52,950 bases of DNA, taken from the NCBI GenBank assembly GCA_036554965.1, contig DATBMG010000026.1, positions 1 to 52,950 on the forward strand, given 5' to 3'. The notes beneath the pieces were generated by a model, which had not been told where the DNA came from, did no database searches, and was given only the letters and a program-made list of their open reading frames with translations. Of this stretch, positions 1-8,734 are shown one piece after another (position 1 is the first letter of the stretch; the number at the start of each line of letters is the position of its first letter). This stretch comes from Burkholderiales bacterium. Lineage in GTDB: Bacteria; Pseudomonadota; Gammaproteobacteria; Burkholderiales; SHXO01. The translations under genes were made by a program, and so were the position numbers.

Positions 1-709
1 CGCCACGCCCACGGAAGCCTCGGGGATGGGCGCGGCGGGCGCGCTGATCCTGGCGGTCGCCTACCGCAAGTTCAGCCTCGCCGGCCTGAAGCGCGCGGTG
101 CTGAACACCATGGCGACCTCCAGCATGGTGCTGCTGCTCGCCGTGACCTCGAACATCTTCGGCGCGGTGTTCGCGCGCCTGGGCACGGCGAACTGGATCA
201 CCGAGACGATGCTGGCGCTGCCGCTGCCCCCGCTGGTGATGCTGGTGATGGTGCTGTGCCTGATCTTCCTGCTCGGCTGGCCGTTCGAGTGGCCGGCCAT
301 CGTGCTCGTGTTCCTGCCGATCTTCTACCCGGTGGTCAAGGCGCTGGAGTTCGACCTGGTGTGGTTCGGGGCGCTGGTGGCGGTGGTGCTGCAGACCGCG
401 TTCCTGTCGCCGCCGGTGGCGATGTCGGCCTACTATCTGAAGCAGGTGGTCAAGGACTGGTCGCTCGCGACCATCTACAAGGGCATGTTCCAGTTCATGC
501 TGCTGCAGATTCTCGCGATCGCGCTGGTCGTCGCGTTCCCGGCGATCGCGACCCGCTTCCCGCAATATCTGCACGAGGTGGCGCGCCTGGCGCCCACCGA
601 GCGGGTGGAGGACAGCATCCGGCTGGAGGACTACGGCGGGGACCCGTACTCCGGGGAGTCGGATGCGGCCGGCCGAGAACGCGAGCGGGAGATGCAATCC
701 CCGCAATGA
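1..709 (+). CDS. TRAP transporter large permease subunit (DctM family), C-terminal part; 5' end is outside the window
   Basis: The frame of ORF 26..709 stays open back to the window edge. Strongly hydrophobic helices carry DctM-like motifs ([36 protein letters not shown]). The stop overlaps the next start (ATGA at 706-709). Confidence 0.85.
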   Translation, partial: ATPTEASGMGAAGALILAVAYRKFSLAGLKRAVLNTMATSSMVLLLAVTSNIFGAVFARLGTANWITETMLALPLPPLVMLVMVLCLIFLLGWPFEWPAIVLVFLPIFYPVVKALEFDLVWFGALVAVVLQTAFLSPPVAMSAYYLKQVVKDWSLATIYKGMFQFMLLQILAIALVVAFPAIATRFPQYLHEVARLAPTERVEDSIRLEDYGGDPYSGESDAAGREREREMQSPQ

Positions 710-1962
710 GCGAAGACACGGCCGCGCGGGCGCGAGAGATGGTGGACGCCGTCTACCGCACCGAGTCGCGCCGCGTCCTCGCCACCTTGATCCGTCTCCT
801 CGGCAGCTTCGATCTCGCCGAGGAGGCGCTGCACGACGCCTTCCGCGCGGCGCTGGAGCAGTGGCCGCGCAGCGGTGTGCCGGCCAATCCACGGGCATGG
901 CTGGTATCGGCTGGCCGCTTCAAGGCGATCGACGGCATCCGCCGGCGCGCCCGCTTCGACGCGCTGGATGATGTCGATATCGAGCAAGTCGAGGCCGCCA
1001 TCGACGACGGCGCCGTGTGGGAGGAAGCGGAGAGCGTCGAGGACGACCGGCTGCGGCTGATCTTCACCTGTTGCCATCCGGCTCTGGCGCAGGACGCGCA
1101 GGTCGCCCTCACGCTGCGCGAGGTGTGCGGCCTCACCACCGAGGAGATCGCGCACGCGTTCCTCACGCCCGCGCCCACGCTGGCGCAGCGCATCGTGCGC
1201 GCCAAGGCGAAGATCCGCGATGCGCGCATTCCGTATCAGGTGCCGGAGCAGGCCGAGCTGCCAGAGCGGCTGGACGCGGTGCTGCGCGTGATCTATCTAG
1301 TGTTCAACGAAGGCTACGCCGCGTCGTCGGGCGCTTCGCTGACGCGGGCGGATCTGTCGGGCGAAGCGATCCGCCTGGGGCGGTTGCTGATCGAGCTGCT
1401 GCCCGAGCCGGAGGCGCAGGGACTGCTGGCGCTGATGCTGTTGCACGAATCGCGGCGCACGGCTCGGGCTTCGCCCAGCGGAGACCTGATCCTGCTCGAA
1501 GATCAGGACCGCACGCGCTGGAACCGGGAGCAGATCGCCGAGGGTATCGCGTTGGTCGAGCGGGCGCTGTCGTCGCGGCGCTTCGGCCCTTATGCGTTGC
1601 AGGCGGCGATCGCGGCGGTGCATGCAGAAGCGTCCGCCGCCGCGGCGACGGACTGGGCACAGATCGTCGGCCTGTACGACGTGCTGGCGCGGGTGGAACC
1701 GTCTCCTGTGGTCGAACTGAATCGCGCCGTGGCGGTGGCGATGCGCGACGGCCCCGAGGCCGGGCTCGCGCTGATCGACGCCATCCTGGCGCGCGGCGAT
1801 CTGTCGGACTATCGCCTGGCGCACGCGGCCCGGGCGGACCTGTGCCGGCGGCTGGGCAGAAGAGCGGAGGCGCGCGCCGCCTACGAGCGGGCGCTCGCCC
1901 TCACCCGCCAGGAGCCGGAGCGGCGCTTCCTCGAGCGGCGCCTCGTAGAGCTGCGGGACTGA
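706..1962 (+). CDS. ECF-type RNA polymerase sigma factor with a long C-terminal extension (ECF41/42-like)
   Basis: In-frame ATG at 706 inside ORF 256..1962. Sigma-70 region 2 ([37 protein letters not shown]) and region 4 ([18 protein letters not shown]) are followed by about 200 aa of helical repeat-like extension. The 256..705 part overlaps the permease in another frame. Confidence 0.85.
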   Translation: MSEDTAARAREMVDAVYRTESRRVLATLIRLLGSFDLAEEALHDAFRAALEQWPRSGVPANPRAWLVSAGRFKAIDGIRRRARFDALDDVDIEQVEAAIDDGAVWEEAESVEDDRLRLIFTCCHPALAQDAQVALTLREVCGLTTEEIAHAFLTPAPTLAQRIVRAKAKIRDARIPYQVPEQAELPERLDAVLRVIYLVFNEGYAASSGASLTRADLSGEAIRLGRLLIELLPEPEAQGLLALMLLHESRRTARASPSGDLILLEDQDRTRWNREQIAEGIALVERALSSRRFGPYALQAAIAAVHAEASAAAATDWAQIVGLYDVLARVEPSPVVELNRAVAVAMRDGPEAGLALIDAILARGDLSDYRLAHAARADLCRRLGRRAEARAAYERALALTRQEPERRFLERRLVELRD

Positions 1963-1972
1963 AGGGGCGGGG

Positions 1973-1999
1973 TGTCGATCCGGCCAGCCGCCGAACGAC
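1973..1999 (+). promoter_or_regulatory. Possible ECF-type promoter (TGTCGA-N17-CGAC) upstream of the YciI-family gene
   Basis: TGTCGA at 1973-1978 and CGAC at 1996-1999, about 77 nt before the ATG at 2076. It resembles the -35/-10 layout of ECF promoters. Motif match by eye only. Confidence 0.25.
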
Positions 2000-2075
2000 T
2001 ACCTGACAGGAACGGCCGCTGCGCGCGACCGGTCGAACGTTCGAAAGCGAGCCATCAAGTAACCGGGAGCGAGCC

Positions 2076-2429
2076 ATGAAGTATCTATGCCTGGTGTACA
2101 TCGACGAGAAGCGGCTCGACGCCGTTCCCGACGAGGAGTGCCTGGCGTACGACGCAGCGGTGCGGCGCAGCGGGCACTGCGTCGCTTCCGAGGCCCTCGA
2201 GCCGGTGGCGACCGCCACCACCGTGCGTGTGCGCAACAGCAAGGTGTCGATCACCGACGGCCCGTTCGCCGAGACCAAGGAGCAGCTCGCCGGCTTCTAC
2301 ATGATCGAAGCGCAGGACTTGAACGAGGCGCTGCAGCTTGCAGCGAAAATCCCGCCGGCGCGCGAGGGCAGCGTGGAGGTGCGCCCGATCCGGCCGATTC
2401 GGGAGATGGCGGGCCAAGCGCGGAGTTGA
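2076..2429 (+). CDS. YciI (DGPF/YCII-related) family protein
   Basis: 117 aa, MKYLCLVY...DGPFAETKEQLAGFYMIEA...A..IP. This is the classic YCII/DGPF signature, directly downstream of the ECF sigma factor. Confidence 0.85.
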   Translation: MKYLCLVYIDEKRLDAVPDEECLAYDAAVRRSGHCVASEALEPVATATTVRVRNSKVSITDGPFAETKEQLAGFYMIEAQDLNEALQLAAKIPPAREGSVEVRPIRPIREMAGQARS

Positions 2430-2532
2430 GTGCGCCCTCAAGGCGCGATCTAAACTGCCTACGCTCCGCCTCTCACGAGGCGGGGTGGCGCCGCAGGCGC
2501 CGGGGCGGTGTGGTGTGCACGCACCCCACGGA

Positions 2533-3777
2533 CTACGACGGCCGCTCCATCTTGCAGGACGTCGACATCATCGTGTCCTTGCCTTCGATGCGGCGGTCGG
2601 TCTTGAAGCCGTTGCCGGTGCGCTCGATGTCGTACTTGACGTCCTTGCCGTTGACCTTCGAGTAGGTCGAGATGAACAGCGGCTGGACCAGCTGGTGGTT
2701 GTCGGCGCGCATTATGACCTCGCCGGTGTCGCCCTCGAGCTTCAGACCCTCCAGTGCGCTGGCCACCTTCACCGGGTCGGTGGACTTGGCCAGCTCCATG
2801 GCCTTGGCCAGCATCTCCAGCGCCTGGATCTGAGTGGTCCAGTACAGATCGTCCTTGGCGTCCTTGTACTTGCTGCGATACGCCTCGTAGTGCCGGGCCA
2901 CTTTCTCATTGCCGATGTTCGCGTGCCACTGCGTCACCTGCTTGAGATGGCCGATGCCGGCTTCGCCCAGCGCCGGGGGTGATCCCAGGCCGCCGGCGTA
3001 ATAGGTGTAGAAGTCCGGCTTGAAGCCCGCTTCGCGGCTGGCCCGCACCAGCAAGGTCATGTCGTTGCCCCAGTTGCCGGTGATGACGGCGTCCGCGCCG
3101 GCGGCCTTCATCTTCGCCACGTAGGGCGCGAAGTCCTTGACCTTGCCCAGCGGGTGTAGATCGTCGCCGACGATCTGGATGTCCGGCCGCTTCTTGCCGA
3201 GCATCTCGCGCGCGGCCTTGGCCACGGCCTGCCCGAACGAGTAGTCCTGGTTGATCAGGTATACCTTCTTGATCTTCCCGCTCGCGGCGATGGCGTCGGT
3301 CAGCGCCGCCATCTTCATGTCGGCATCCGCGTCGAAACGGAAGTGCCAGTAGTTGCACTTGTCGTTGGTCAACGCCGGATCGACGGCGCCGGTGTTCAGA
3401 TACAGCACGACCTTGTCCGGATTGCGCGCGTTGTGCTTGGCGATAGCGTCCGACAGCGCCAAGGCGATGTTCGAGCCGTTGCTCTGATTGATGTAGCGCA
3501 CGCCCTGGTCGATCGCCTGCTTCAGCGCGAGCTGGGCCTCCTGGGGGCTGCTCTTGCTGTCGAACGGGACGATCTCGAGCTTCGACCCGCCCAACACACC
3601 GCCCCGCGCGTTGATGTCGTCGGCGGCCAGCCGGGTGAACCGGACCATCGCCTCGCCCACGTTGGCGAAGGGGCCGGACAACGGGTCGATCACGGCGATC
3701 TTGATCGGATCGGCAGCTGCGGCCAGCGCCGACATCAGGGACACCGCCGTCGCAACGGCGGCTCTCGCGAGCTTCAT
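2533..3777 (-). CDS. ABC transporter substrate-binding protein (LivJ/LivK-type periplasmic binding protein), orphan
   Basis: In-frame ATG at 3777 with RBS GGAGGAGAC just upstream on the minus strand. Signal peptide MKLARAAVATAVSLMSALAAAADP, then a type-I PBP fold (IKIAVIDPLSGPFANVGE...). The upstream 139 codons of ORF 2533..4194 look non-coding. Confidence 0.85.
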   Translation of the reverse strand: MKLARAAVATAVSLMSALAAAADPIKIAVIDPLSGPFANVGEAMVRFTRLAADDINARGGVLGGSKLEIVPFDSKSSPQEAQLALKQAIDQGVRYINQSNGSNIALALSDAIAKHNARNPDKVVLYLNTGAVDPALTNDKCNYWHFRFDADADMKMAALTDAIAASGKIKKVYLINQDYSFGQAVAKAAREMLGKKRPDIQIVGDDLHPLGKVKDFAPYVAKMKAAGADAVITGNWGNDMTLLVRASREAGFKPDFYTYYAGGLGSPPALGEAGIGHLKQVTQWHANIGNEKVARHYEAYRSKYKDAKDDLYWTTQIQALEMLAKAMELAKSTDPVKVASALEGLKLEGDTGEVIMRADNHQLVQPLFISTYSKVNGKDVKYDIERTGNGFKTDRRIEGKDTMMSTSCKMERPS

Positions 3778-3807
3778 GGGGTCTCCTCCGGAACGGTTGT
3801 CTCCACC

Positions 3808-3840
3808 GCGGATCGGGTGCGGATCGGGCGCGGATCGGGC
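3808..3840. repeat. 3 x 11-nt tandem repeat GCGGATCGGG(T/C)
   Basis: Read directly: gcggatcgggt gcggatcgggc gcggatcgggc. It lies in the leader/promoter region of the binding-protein gene, and each unit carries a GATC. Confidence 0.9.
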
Positions 3841-3962
3841 TGCAGCCGCGCCGCGGGCCGTCATTTTACCGGCCATTCGGCCGCGGCGGCCGCAGGCTGT
3901 TTTGCCGTTCGGCCCGTCGCCTGCGATGCCGGGCGAGGCTCGGCTGCCACGCCGCGACGTCT

Positions 3963-3978
3963 TGGCATGTTGGATGCT
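3963..3978 (+). promoter_or_regulatory. Sigma-54-like -24/-12 element TGGCATG-N4-ATGCT
   Basis: TGGCATGTTGGATGCT has GG and GC at the canonical 10-nt spacing (consensus TGGCACG-N4-TTGCW). It sits 35 nt before the GTG at 4013. Confidence 0.25.
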
Positions 3979-4012
3979 ACGTTGCCGGCGCCAACGTGAT
4001 GAGGAGGTCTCC

Positions 4013-4693
4013 GTGCCCGCGTACTGGCCCATAGCACTTGTCGGACTCGTCGCAGCCGCGCTTCTGCTCTGGACCGTCACAGCCAAGCGCCGCAGCGACC
4101 AGGCCCAGAGGCGCATCGCGGAGCAGGCGGGGTTTCGGCCTTGTCCGGAACAGAAGGACTGGCTGGAGGAGACCGTGACGCGCGTCGAGTGCAACCGCGG
4201 TTTTCGCTACGAGGTCCGCGATCCCAGACGGCTCGCCGGCGAGCCTGCGGTGTACTACTACGTCAAGGTGCGCCACAGCGACCTTCGCGAGAGTGTTCCG
4301 CTCGCGGAGGAAGAGATCCTGTTCCCTCTGAAGCGCCGCTCCGCGGATGCTCTAGTCCTGACCGTCAAGCCTTCGTCGCTGGCGCACGGCTTTGCCACGC
4401 GCATGATCGGCGCTGTCGCCGCGGGGCCCTGGGACGCTCAGCCGGACGACCTCGAGCGTCTCGATCTGCCCCGGGACCTGACGGGCACCAACGTGGTTGC
4501 CGCTCTTGGGCCGCCCGGTGCGAACCTCTACGACCTTGTCGACAGTCGCACACTTAGTGTGGTGCAGACGCTCGGAGACGCTGGTGCGCTGTCGCTGCAG
4601 TTTCGCGATGCCTGGTGCACTGTCTCTGGGCTCGGCGAGCAGGTTCCTTTCCGCCTGGACCAGGTTCTAGCCAGCATTCGCTCGTTGCTTTGA
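4013..4693 (+). CDS. Hypothetical membrane-anchored protein
   Basis: GTG at 4013 is preceded by GAGGAGG. One N-terminal TM helix (YWPIALVGLVAAALLLW). GC3-rich coding frame. No domain I recognise. Confidence 0.5.
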   Translation: MPAYWPIALVGLVAAALLLWTVTAKRRSDQAQRRIAEQAGFRPCPEQKDWLEETVTRVECNRGFRYEVRDPRRLAGEPAVYYYVKVRHSDLRESVPLAEEEILFPLKRRSADALVLTVKPSSLAHGFATRMIGAVAAGPWDAQPDDLERLDLPRDLTGTNVVAALGPPGANLYDLVDSRTLSVVQTLGDAGALSLQFRDAWCTVSGLGEQVPFRLDQVLASIRSLL

Positions 4694-4695
4694 GC

Positions 4696-5013
4696 CTACG
4701 CAAGGGCGGTGGCATCGCTTCGCGGGTCGCCGTCGGCAACGCGTTCCGGCGATGCGGCCGCAGCGCCCTCGGCGCGTTCGGCCAATCGTTCGTAGTCCGG
4801 CAGCAGACGCTCGTAGCGTGACGACATCAGCCCCGACGAGATCATGAAGTCCGCGGAGGCGCGGTTGCAGGCGATCGGGATGTTCCACACTACCGCGATG
4901 CGCAGCAGCGCCTTCACGTCGGAATCGTGCGGCATGGGCTTCAGCGGATCCCAGAAGAAGATCAGGAAATCCAGAGCAACCACAGTCGGGCAGTACATAC
5001 TGCGTCGCACCAT
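4696..5013 (-). pseudogene. mgsA: Methylglyoxal synthase fragment (C-terminal half only)
   Basis: [47 protein letters not shown] matches the C-terminal half of MgsA (E. coli [36 protein letters not shown]). About 70 N-terminal residues are missing, and no other frame upstream supplies them. Confidence 0.7.
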
Positions 5014-5128
5014 AATGCGTGATTGGCATATATACTATTCGTTATAAGGACTAATCATCTGCAGAGAATGAGTGGACCGGAACGTTCATTCTGCTGCGCA
5101 GCAGGCCAAGCCGGAGAGGAGACCTGAG

Positions 5129-7345
5129 ATGAACTCGACCATCCGCCGGAGCGCTGACCCGTCCGAGCGCCGCGATTTCCTGAGGGTGGGAGCCGTCGTC
5201 ACCGGCGGACTGGTCCTGGCGTTGTCCCTGCCGGGCCGCCGGAGTCTCGCGGCGGCGCCCGATGCCCAGCCCTTTGCGCCGAACGCCTTCATCCGCATCG
5301 CACGCGACGGCACGGTGAGGCTGGTGATGCACAAGGTGGAGATGGGCCAGGGCACCTACACCGCCATGTCCATGCTGCTCGCGGAGGAGCTCGAGGTCGA
5401 TCTGTCGCGGGTGCAGCTGGAACACGCGCCGCCCGACGACTCTCGCTACGCCGAGCCGCTGCTCGGCGTGCAGGAAACGGGCGGCTCGACGTCCGTGCGC
5501 GGCAACTGGGAGCCCCTGCGGCGGGCCGGCGCGACGGCGCGCACCATGCTCATCGCGGCTGCTGCGCAGACCTGGAAGGTGGAGCCCGAATCCTGCCGCG
5601 CCGAGAACGGTGCCGTGCTGCACGCCGCGAGCGGCCGCAGCCTGGGCTACGGAGAACTTGCGGACCGTGCCGCGACGATGCGGGTGCCGCGCAAGGTGAA
5701 GCTGAAGGATGCGAAGGACTTCCGGCTGATCGGCAAGACGCCGACGCGCCTCGACACGCCCGGCAAGGTGGACGGCACGGCGCTGTTCGGCATCGATGCG
5801 CGTCCGCCCGGGATGAAGTTCGCCGCGCTCGCTGCTTGTCCGGTGTTCGGCGGCAAGCTGGCTGCGCTCGACGACGCGAAGGCGAAAGCGGTCCCCGGCG
5901 TGCGTCAGATCGTTCGCCTCGACGACCTGGTGGCGGTGGTGGCCGACGACACCTGGGCGGCGCAGCAGGGTCTCGCGGCGCTCGCGATCCGCTGGGACGA
6001 AGGGGCGAACGCGAAGTTGACGACGGCCGATATCGTGCGCCAGCTGGAAGCGGCGTCGCGGGAATCCGGGGCCGTTGCACGCGAGGAGGGCGATCCCGAT
6101 GAGGTGATGGCCGCCGCCGCGCTCAAGGTGGACGCGATCTACGAGCAACCATTCCTGGCGCACGCCACCCTGGAACCGGTGAACTGCACGGTGCACGTGC
6201 GCAAGGACGGCTGCGACATCTGGATGGGAACGCAAGTGCCGACTTTCACCCAGACGGCCGCCGCCAAAGTCACCGGCCTGCCGAAAGCCAAGGTCCGCGT
6301 CCACAACCACTTGCTCGGCGGCGGCTTCGGACGCCGGCTCGAGGTGGATTTCGTGATCCAGGCGGTGCGCATCGCCAAGCAGGTGAGTGGTCCGGTGAGA
6401 GTCGCGTGGAGCCGCGAGGAAGACATACAGCACGACATGTACCGGCCTTACTACTACGACCGGATCGCCGCCGGTCTCGACGAACAGGGCGTGCCGGTCG
6501 CCTGGACCCACCGAATCACCGGCTCGTCGATCGTGAGCCGGGTCGTGGACGAGCTGTTTCCGAAGAACCTGCGGGTGGTGCAGGCGGTCGGCTGGAAGAA
6601 CCTATACGCCAGCATCAGGGGCGTGGACATCGATGCCGTCGAGGTCGCCGCCGAGCCGCCGTACGCGCTGCCCAATTTCCGCGCGGAGTATGTACGCCAG
6701 GAGCCGCCCGGGGTGCCGACCGCGTTCTGGCGTGGCGTCGGACCCACTCGCGGCGCATTCGTCGTCGAAGGGTTCGTCGACGAGCTGGCGGCAGCGGCGC
6801 GCCAGGATCCTCTCGACTACCGTCGCAAGCTGGTGCGTCACCCGCGCGCGCGCACCGTGCTCGATCTGACGGCGCAGAAGGCAGAATGGGGCACGCCTCT
6901 GCCCAAAGGAGAGGGACGCGGCATCGCACTGCTGCACGCCTTCGGCAGCTATATCGCGCAGGTCGCTCACGTCGCAGTCGACGGCGCAGGCGAGGTGCAA
7001 GTCAAGCGCGTGGTGTGCGCAATCGACTGCGGGCTGCCCGTGCACCCGAACATCGTGGCCGCCCAGATGGAAGGCGGCATCGTGTTCGGCCTGAGCGCGG
7101 CGTTGTGGGGCGAAGTCACGATCGCCGACGGGCGGGTGCAGCAGAGCAACTTCCACGACTATCGGGTGATGCGCATGCACGAGACGCCGCGCATCGACGT
7201 GCACATCGTCCCCAGCGTGGAATACCCGGGAGGTGTGGGCGAGCCCGGCACCTCGGCGGCGATCCCGGCGCTCGTCAACGCGGTGTACGCCGCGACCGGC
7301 CAGCGCATCCGCAAGCTGCCCATCGCGGATCAACTGAAGGCATGA
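5129..7345 (+). CDS. Molybdopterin-binding oxidoreductase beta subunit (IorB / membrane-bound aldehyde dehydrogenase type) with a Tat signal
   Basis: ATG at 5129 after GGAGAGGAG. Twin-arginine motif SERRDFLRVGAVV. Aldehyde oxidase/xanthine dehydrogenase Mo-binding domains run through to the C-terminus. Confidence 0.85.
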   Translation: MNSTIRRSADPSERRDFLRVGAVVTGGLVLALSLPGRRSLAAAPDAQPFAPNAFIRIARDGTVRLVMHKVEMGQGTYTAMSMLLAEELEVDLSRVQLEHAPPDDSRYAEPLLGVQETGGSTSVRGNWEPLRRAGATARTMLIAAAAQTWKVEPESCRAENGAVLHAASGRSLGYGELADRAATMRVPRKVKLKDAKDFRLIGKTPTRLDTPGKVDGTALFGIDARPPGMKFAALAACPVFGGKLAALDDAKAKAVPGVRQIVRLDDLVAVVADDTWAAQQGLAALAIRWDEGANAKLTTADIVRQLEAASRESGAVAREEGDPDEVMAAAALKVDAIYEQPFLAHATLEPVNCTVHVRKDGCDIWMGTQVPTFTQTAAAKVTGLPKAKVRVHNHLLGGGFGRRLEVDFVIQAVRIAKQVSGPVRVAWSREEDIQHDMYRPYYYDRIAAGLDEQGVPVAWTHRITGSSIVSRVVDELFPKNLRVVQAVGWKNLYASIRGVDIDAVEVAAEPPYALPNFRAEYVRQEPPGVPTAFWRGVGPTRGAFVVEGFVDELAAAARQDPLDYRRKLVRHPRARTVLDLTAQKAEWGTPLPKGEGRGIALLHAFGSYIAQVAHVAVDGAGEVQVKRVVCAIDCGLPVHPNIVAAQMEGGIVFGLSAALWGEVTIADGRVQQSNFHDYRVMRMHETPRIDVHIVPSVEYPGGVGEPGTSAAIPALVNAVYAATGQRIRKLPIADQLKA

Positions 7346-7393
7346 TCCCGCCGGCCCTCCAGGCCGGTGGGAGCTGCGGGCCTGGGCCAAAGC

Positions 7394-7409
7394 TGGCGTG
7401 CTTCCTGCA
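7394..7409 (+). promoter_or_regulatory. Sigma-54-like -24/-12 element TGGCGTG-N4-CTGCA
   Basis: TGGCGTGCTTCCTGCA with GG/GC at canonical spacing, about 70 nt before the MORN gene ATG at 7478. Confidence 0.2.
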
Positions 7410-7477
7410 AGGTTGGCGGGCCGGCATATGTGACAGAACGACGATACCGGCGCTCCATCCTGCAAGGAAAAGCCACT

Positions 7478-8692
7478 ATGCCGCCCCTTGTCGTCCGCCT
7501 GACATGGCTCGTCTGCCTGGCCTGCCCGGTCCTGGTCCAGGCCGCACCCGACGCAAGACCTGATGCCGTGACGCCCGACGGCGGGCGTTACTACGGTCCG
7601 CTGCGCGGCGGCAAACTCCACGGCGAGGGCCGCATGGAATGGGACGGCGGGGCACGCTTTGAAGGCGGGTTCAACGACGGGCAGTTCTCCGGCAAGGGTG
7701 TGATGCACCTGGTGTCGGGCGACGTGTACGAAGGCGAGTTCCGCGAAGGAGCGATGTCCGGCCAGGGTGTGTACCGGTTCAGGAACGGCTCGATCTATAC
7801 CGGCGCTTTCCGCCGCGACACTTTCAACGGACCGGGCCGTTTCGTCGACTCCGACGGGCAGATCTTCGAAGGCGAGTTCAAGAACGGAGAGTTCGAGGGC
7901 GAGGGCAAGCACACGCAGAGCGACTCCGAGTACCGCGGTCAGTTCGTCCATTGGCGCTACGCGGGCAAGGGGGAGCTCAAGGACAGAGACGGCGACAGCT
8001 ACCAGGGCGAGTTCGCCAACGGGCTGTACCACGGGAAAGGCCGCTTCCAGAAGGCGCGTGGCGAGGTCTACGAAGGCGACTTCGTCGAAGGCGAGTTCAG
8101 AGGCGAGGGGCTGTACACGCACCCCGCCGGAGCGCGGCACGAAGGCCGGTTCGCGGGCTGGCGCCCATCCGGGCCGGGCCGCTTCACCGATCCCGAGGGC
8201 AATGTCTACGAGGGCAAATTCGTTGACGGCACGCTCCGAGGCGAGGGACGGTACCGGGGGAAGGACGGCTCGGTGTACGAGGGCGCTTTCGAGGCATGGC
8301 GCTATCACGGCCAGGGACGTCTGCGCTTGGCCAACGGCGACGTGTACGTCGGCGCCTTCGAGCGCGGCTACTACGAGGGGCAGGGCACGCTCACCTACGC
8401 CAAGCCGCGAGCCGACGGACGCACCGAGGTAAGCGGGATGTGGCGCTACGGAGAGCCGGCGCAGAAGAAGGAAGAGCGCGACAAGTTGCTCGCCGACCTG
8501 GAAAGCGCGCTGTACCGGCAGCGCGACCTGCTGGATCGCGCGCTCGAATCCCTGCAGCCCTCCGATCCGCGGCGGATCAGCATGTACTACCTGGGCGTCG
8601 CGGGCGACGGGACGCAGGAAGTGTTTCGCCGCGAAGTCGAATACGTGCGCGATCAGTTCGCGCGCAGCTACGGCACCAGCCGCTCGAACTGA
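7478..8692 (+). CDS. Secreted MORN-repeat protein, apparently truncated before a C-terminal peptidase C13-like domain
   Basis: Signal peptide MPPLVVRLTWLVCLACPVLVQA, then at least 12 MORN-type repeats (Y.G.F..G...G.G). The C-terminus ...ISMYYLGVAGDGTQEVFRREVEYVRDQF resembles the start of the C13 domain that follows MORN repeats in longer homologues, then stops (SRSN*). Confidence 0.75.
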   Translation: MPPLVVRLTWLVCLACPVLVQAAPDARPDAVTPDGGRYYGPLRGGKLHGEGRMEWDGGARFEGGFNDGQFSGKGVMHLVSGDVYEGEFREGAMSGQGVYRFRNGSIYTGAFRRDTFNGPGRFVDSDGQIFEGEFKNGEFEGEGKHTQSDSEYRGQFVHWRYAGKGELKDRDGDSYQGEFANGLYHGKGRFQKARGEVYEGDFVEGEFRGEGLYTHPAGARHEGRFAGWRPSGPGRFTDPEGNVYEGKFVDGTLRGEGRYRGKDGSVYEGAFEAWRYHGQGRLRLANGDVYVGAFERGYYEGQGTLTYAKPRADGRTEVSGMWRYGEPAQKKEERDKLLADLESALYRQRDLLDRALESLQPSDPRRISMYYLGVAGDGTQEVFRREVEYVRDQFARSYGTSRSN

Positions 8693-8734
8693 TCCGGGAA
8701 TCGTTTCGGGCGTTCCGACATCGGCGGCGGAGCA

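Noticed and set aside
256-705. N-terminal 150-codon extension of the sigma-factor ORF. Similar 5' extensions occur in ORFs 2533..4194, 3554..4693, 10084..12201, 28901..30931, 36577..38691, 38166..39869 and 43126..44742.
   Set aside because: The extensions overlap neighbouring real genes in another frame or cover intergenic DNA, and have low-complexity translations. In each case an internal start with a recognisable N-terminus (signal peptide, TM helix or family motif) is available, often with an RBS.
5021-5036. TGGCAT in the AT-rich spacer as a sigma-54 promoter for iorB.
   Set aside because: The position where the -12 GC should lie reads AT (TGGCATATATACTAT), so the bipartite element is incomplete. 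I also could not find a convincing sigma-70 -35/-10 pair with proper spacing.
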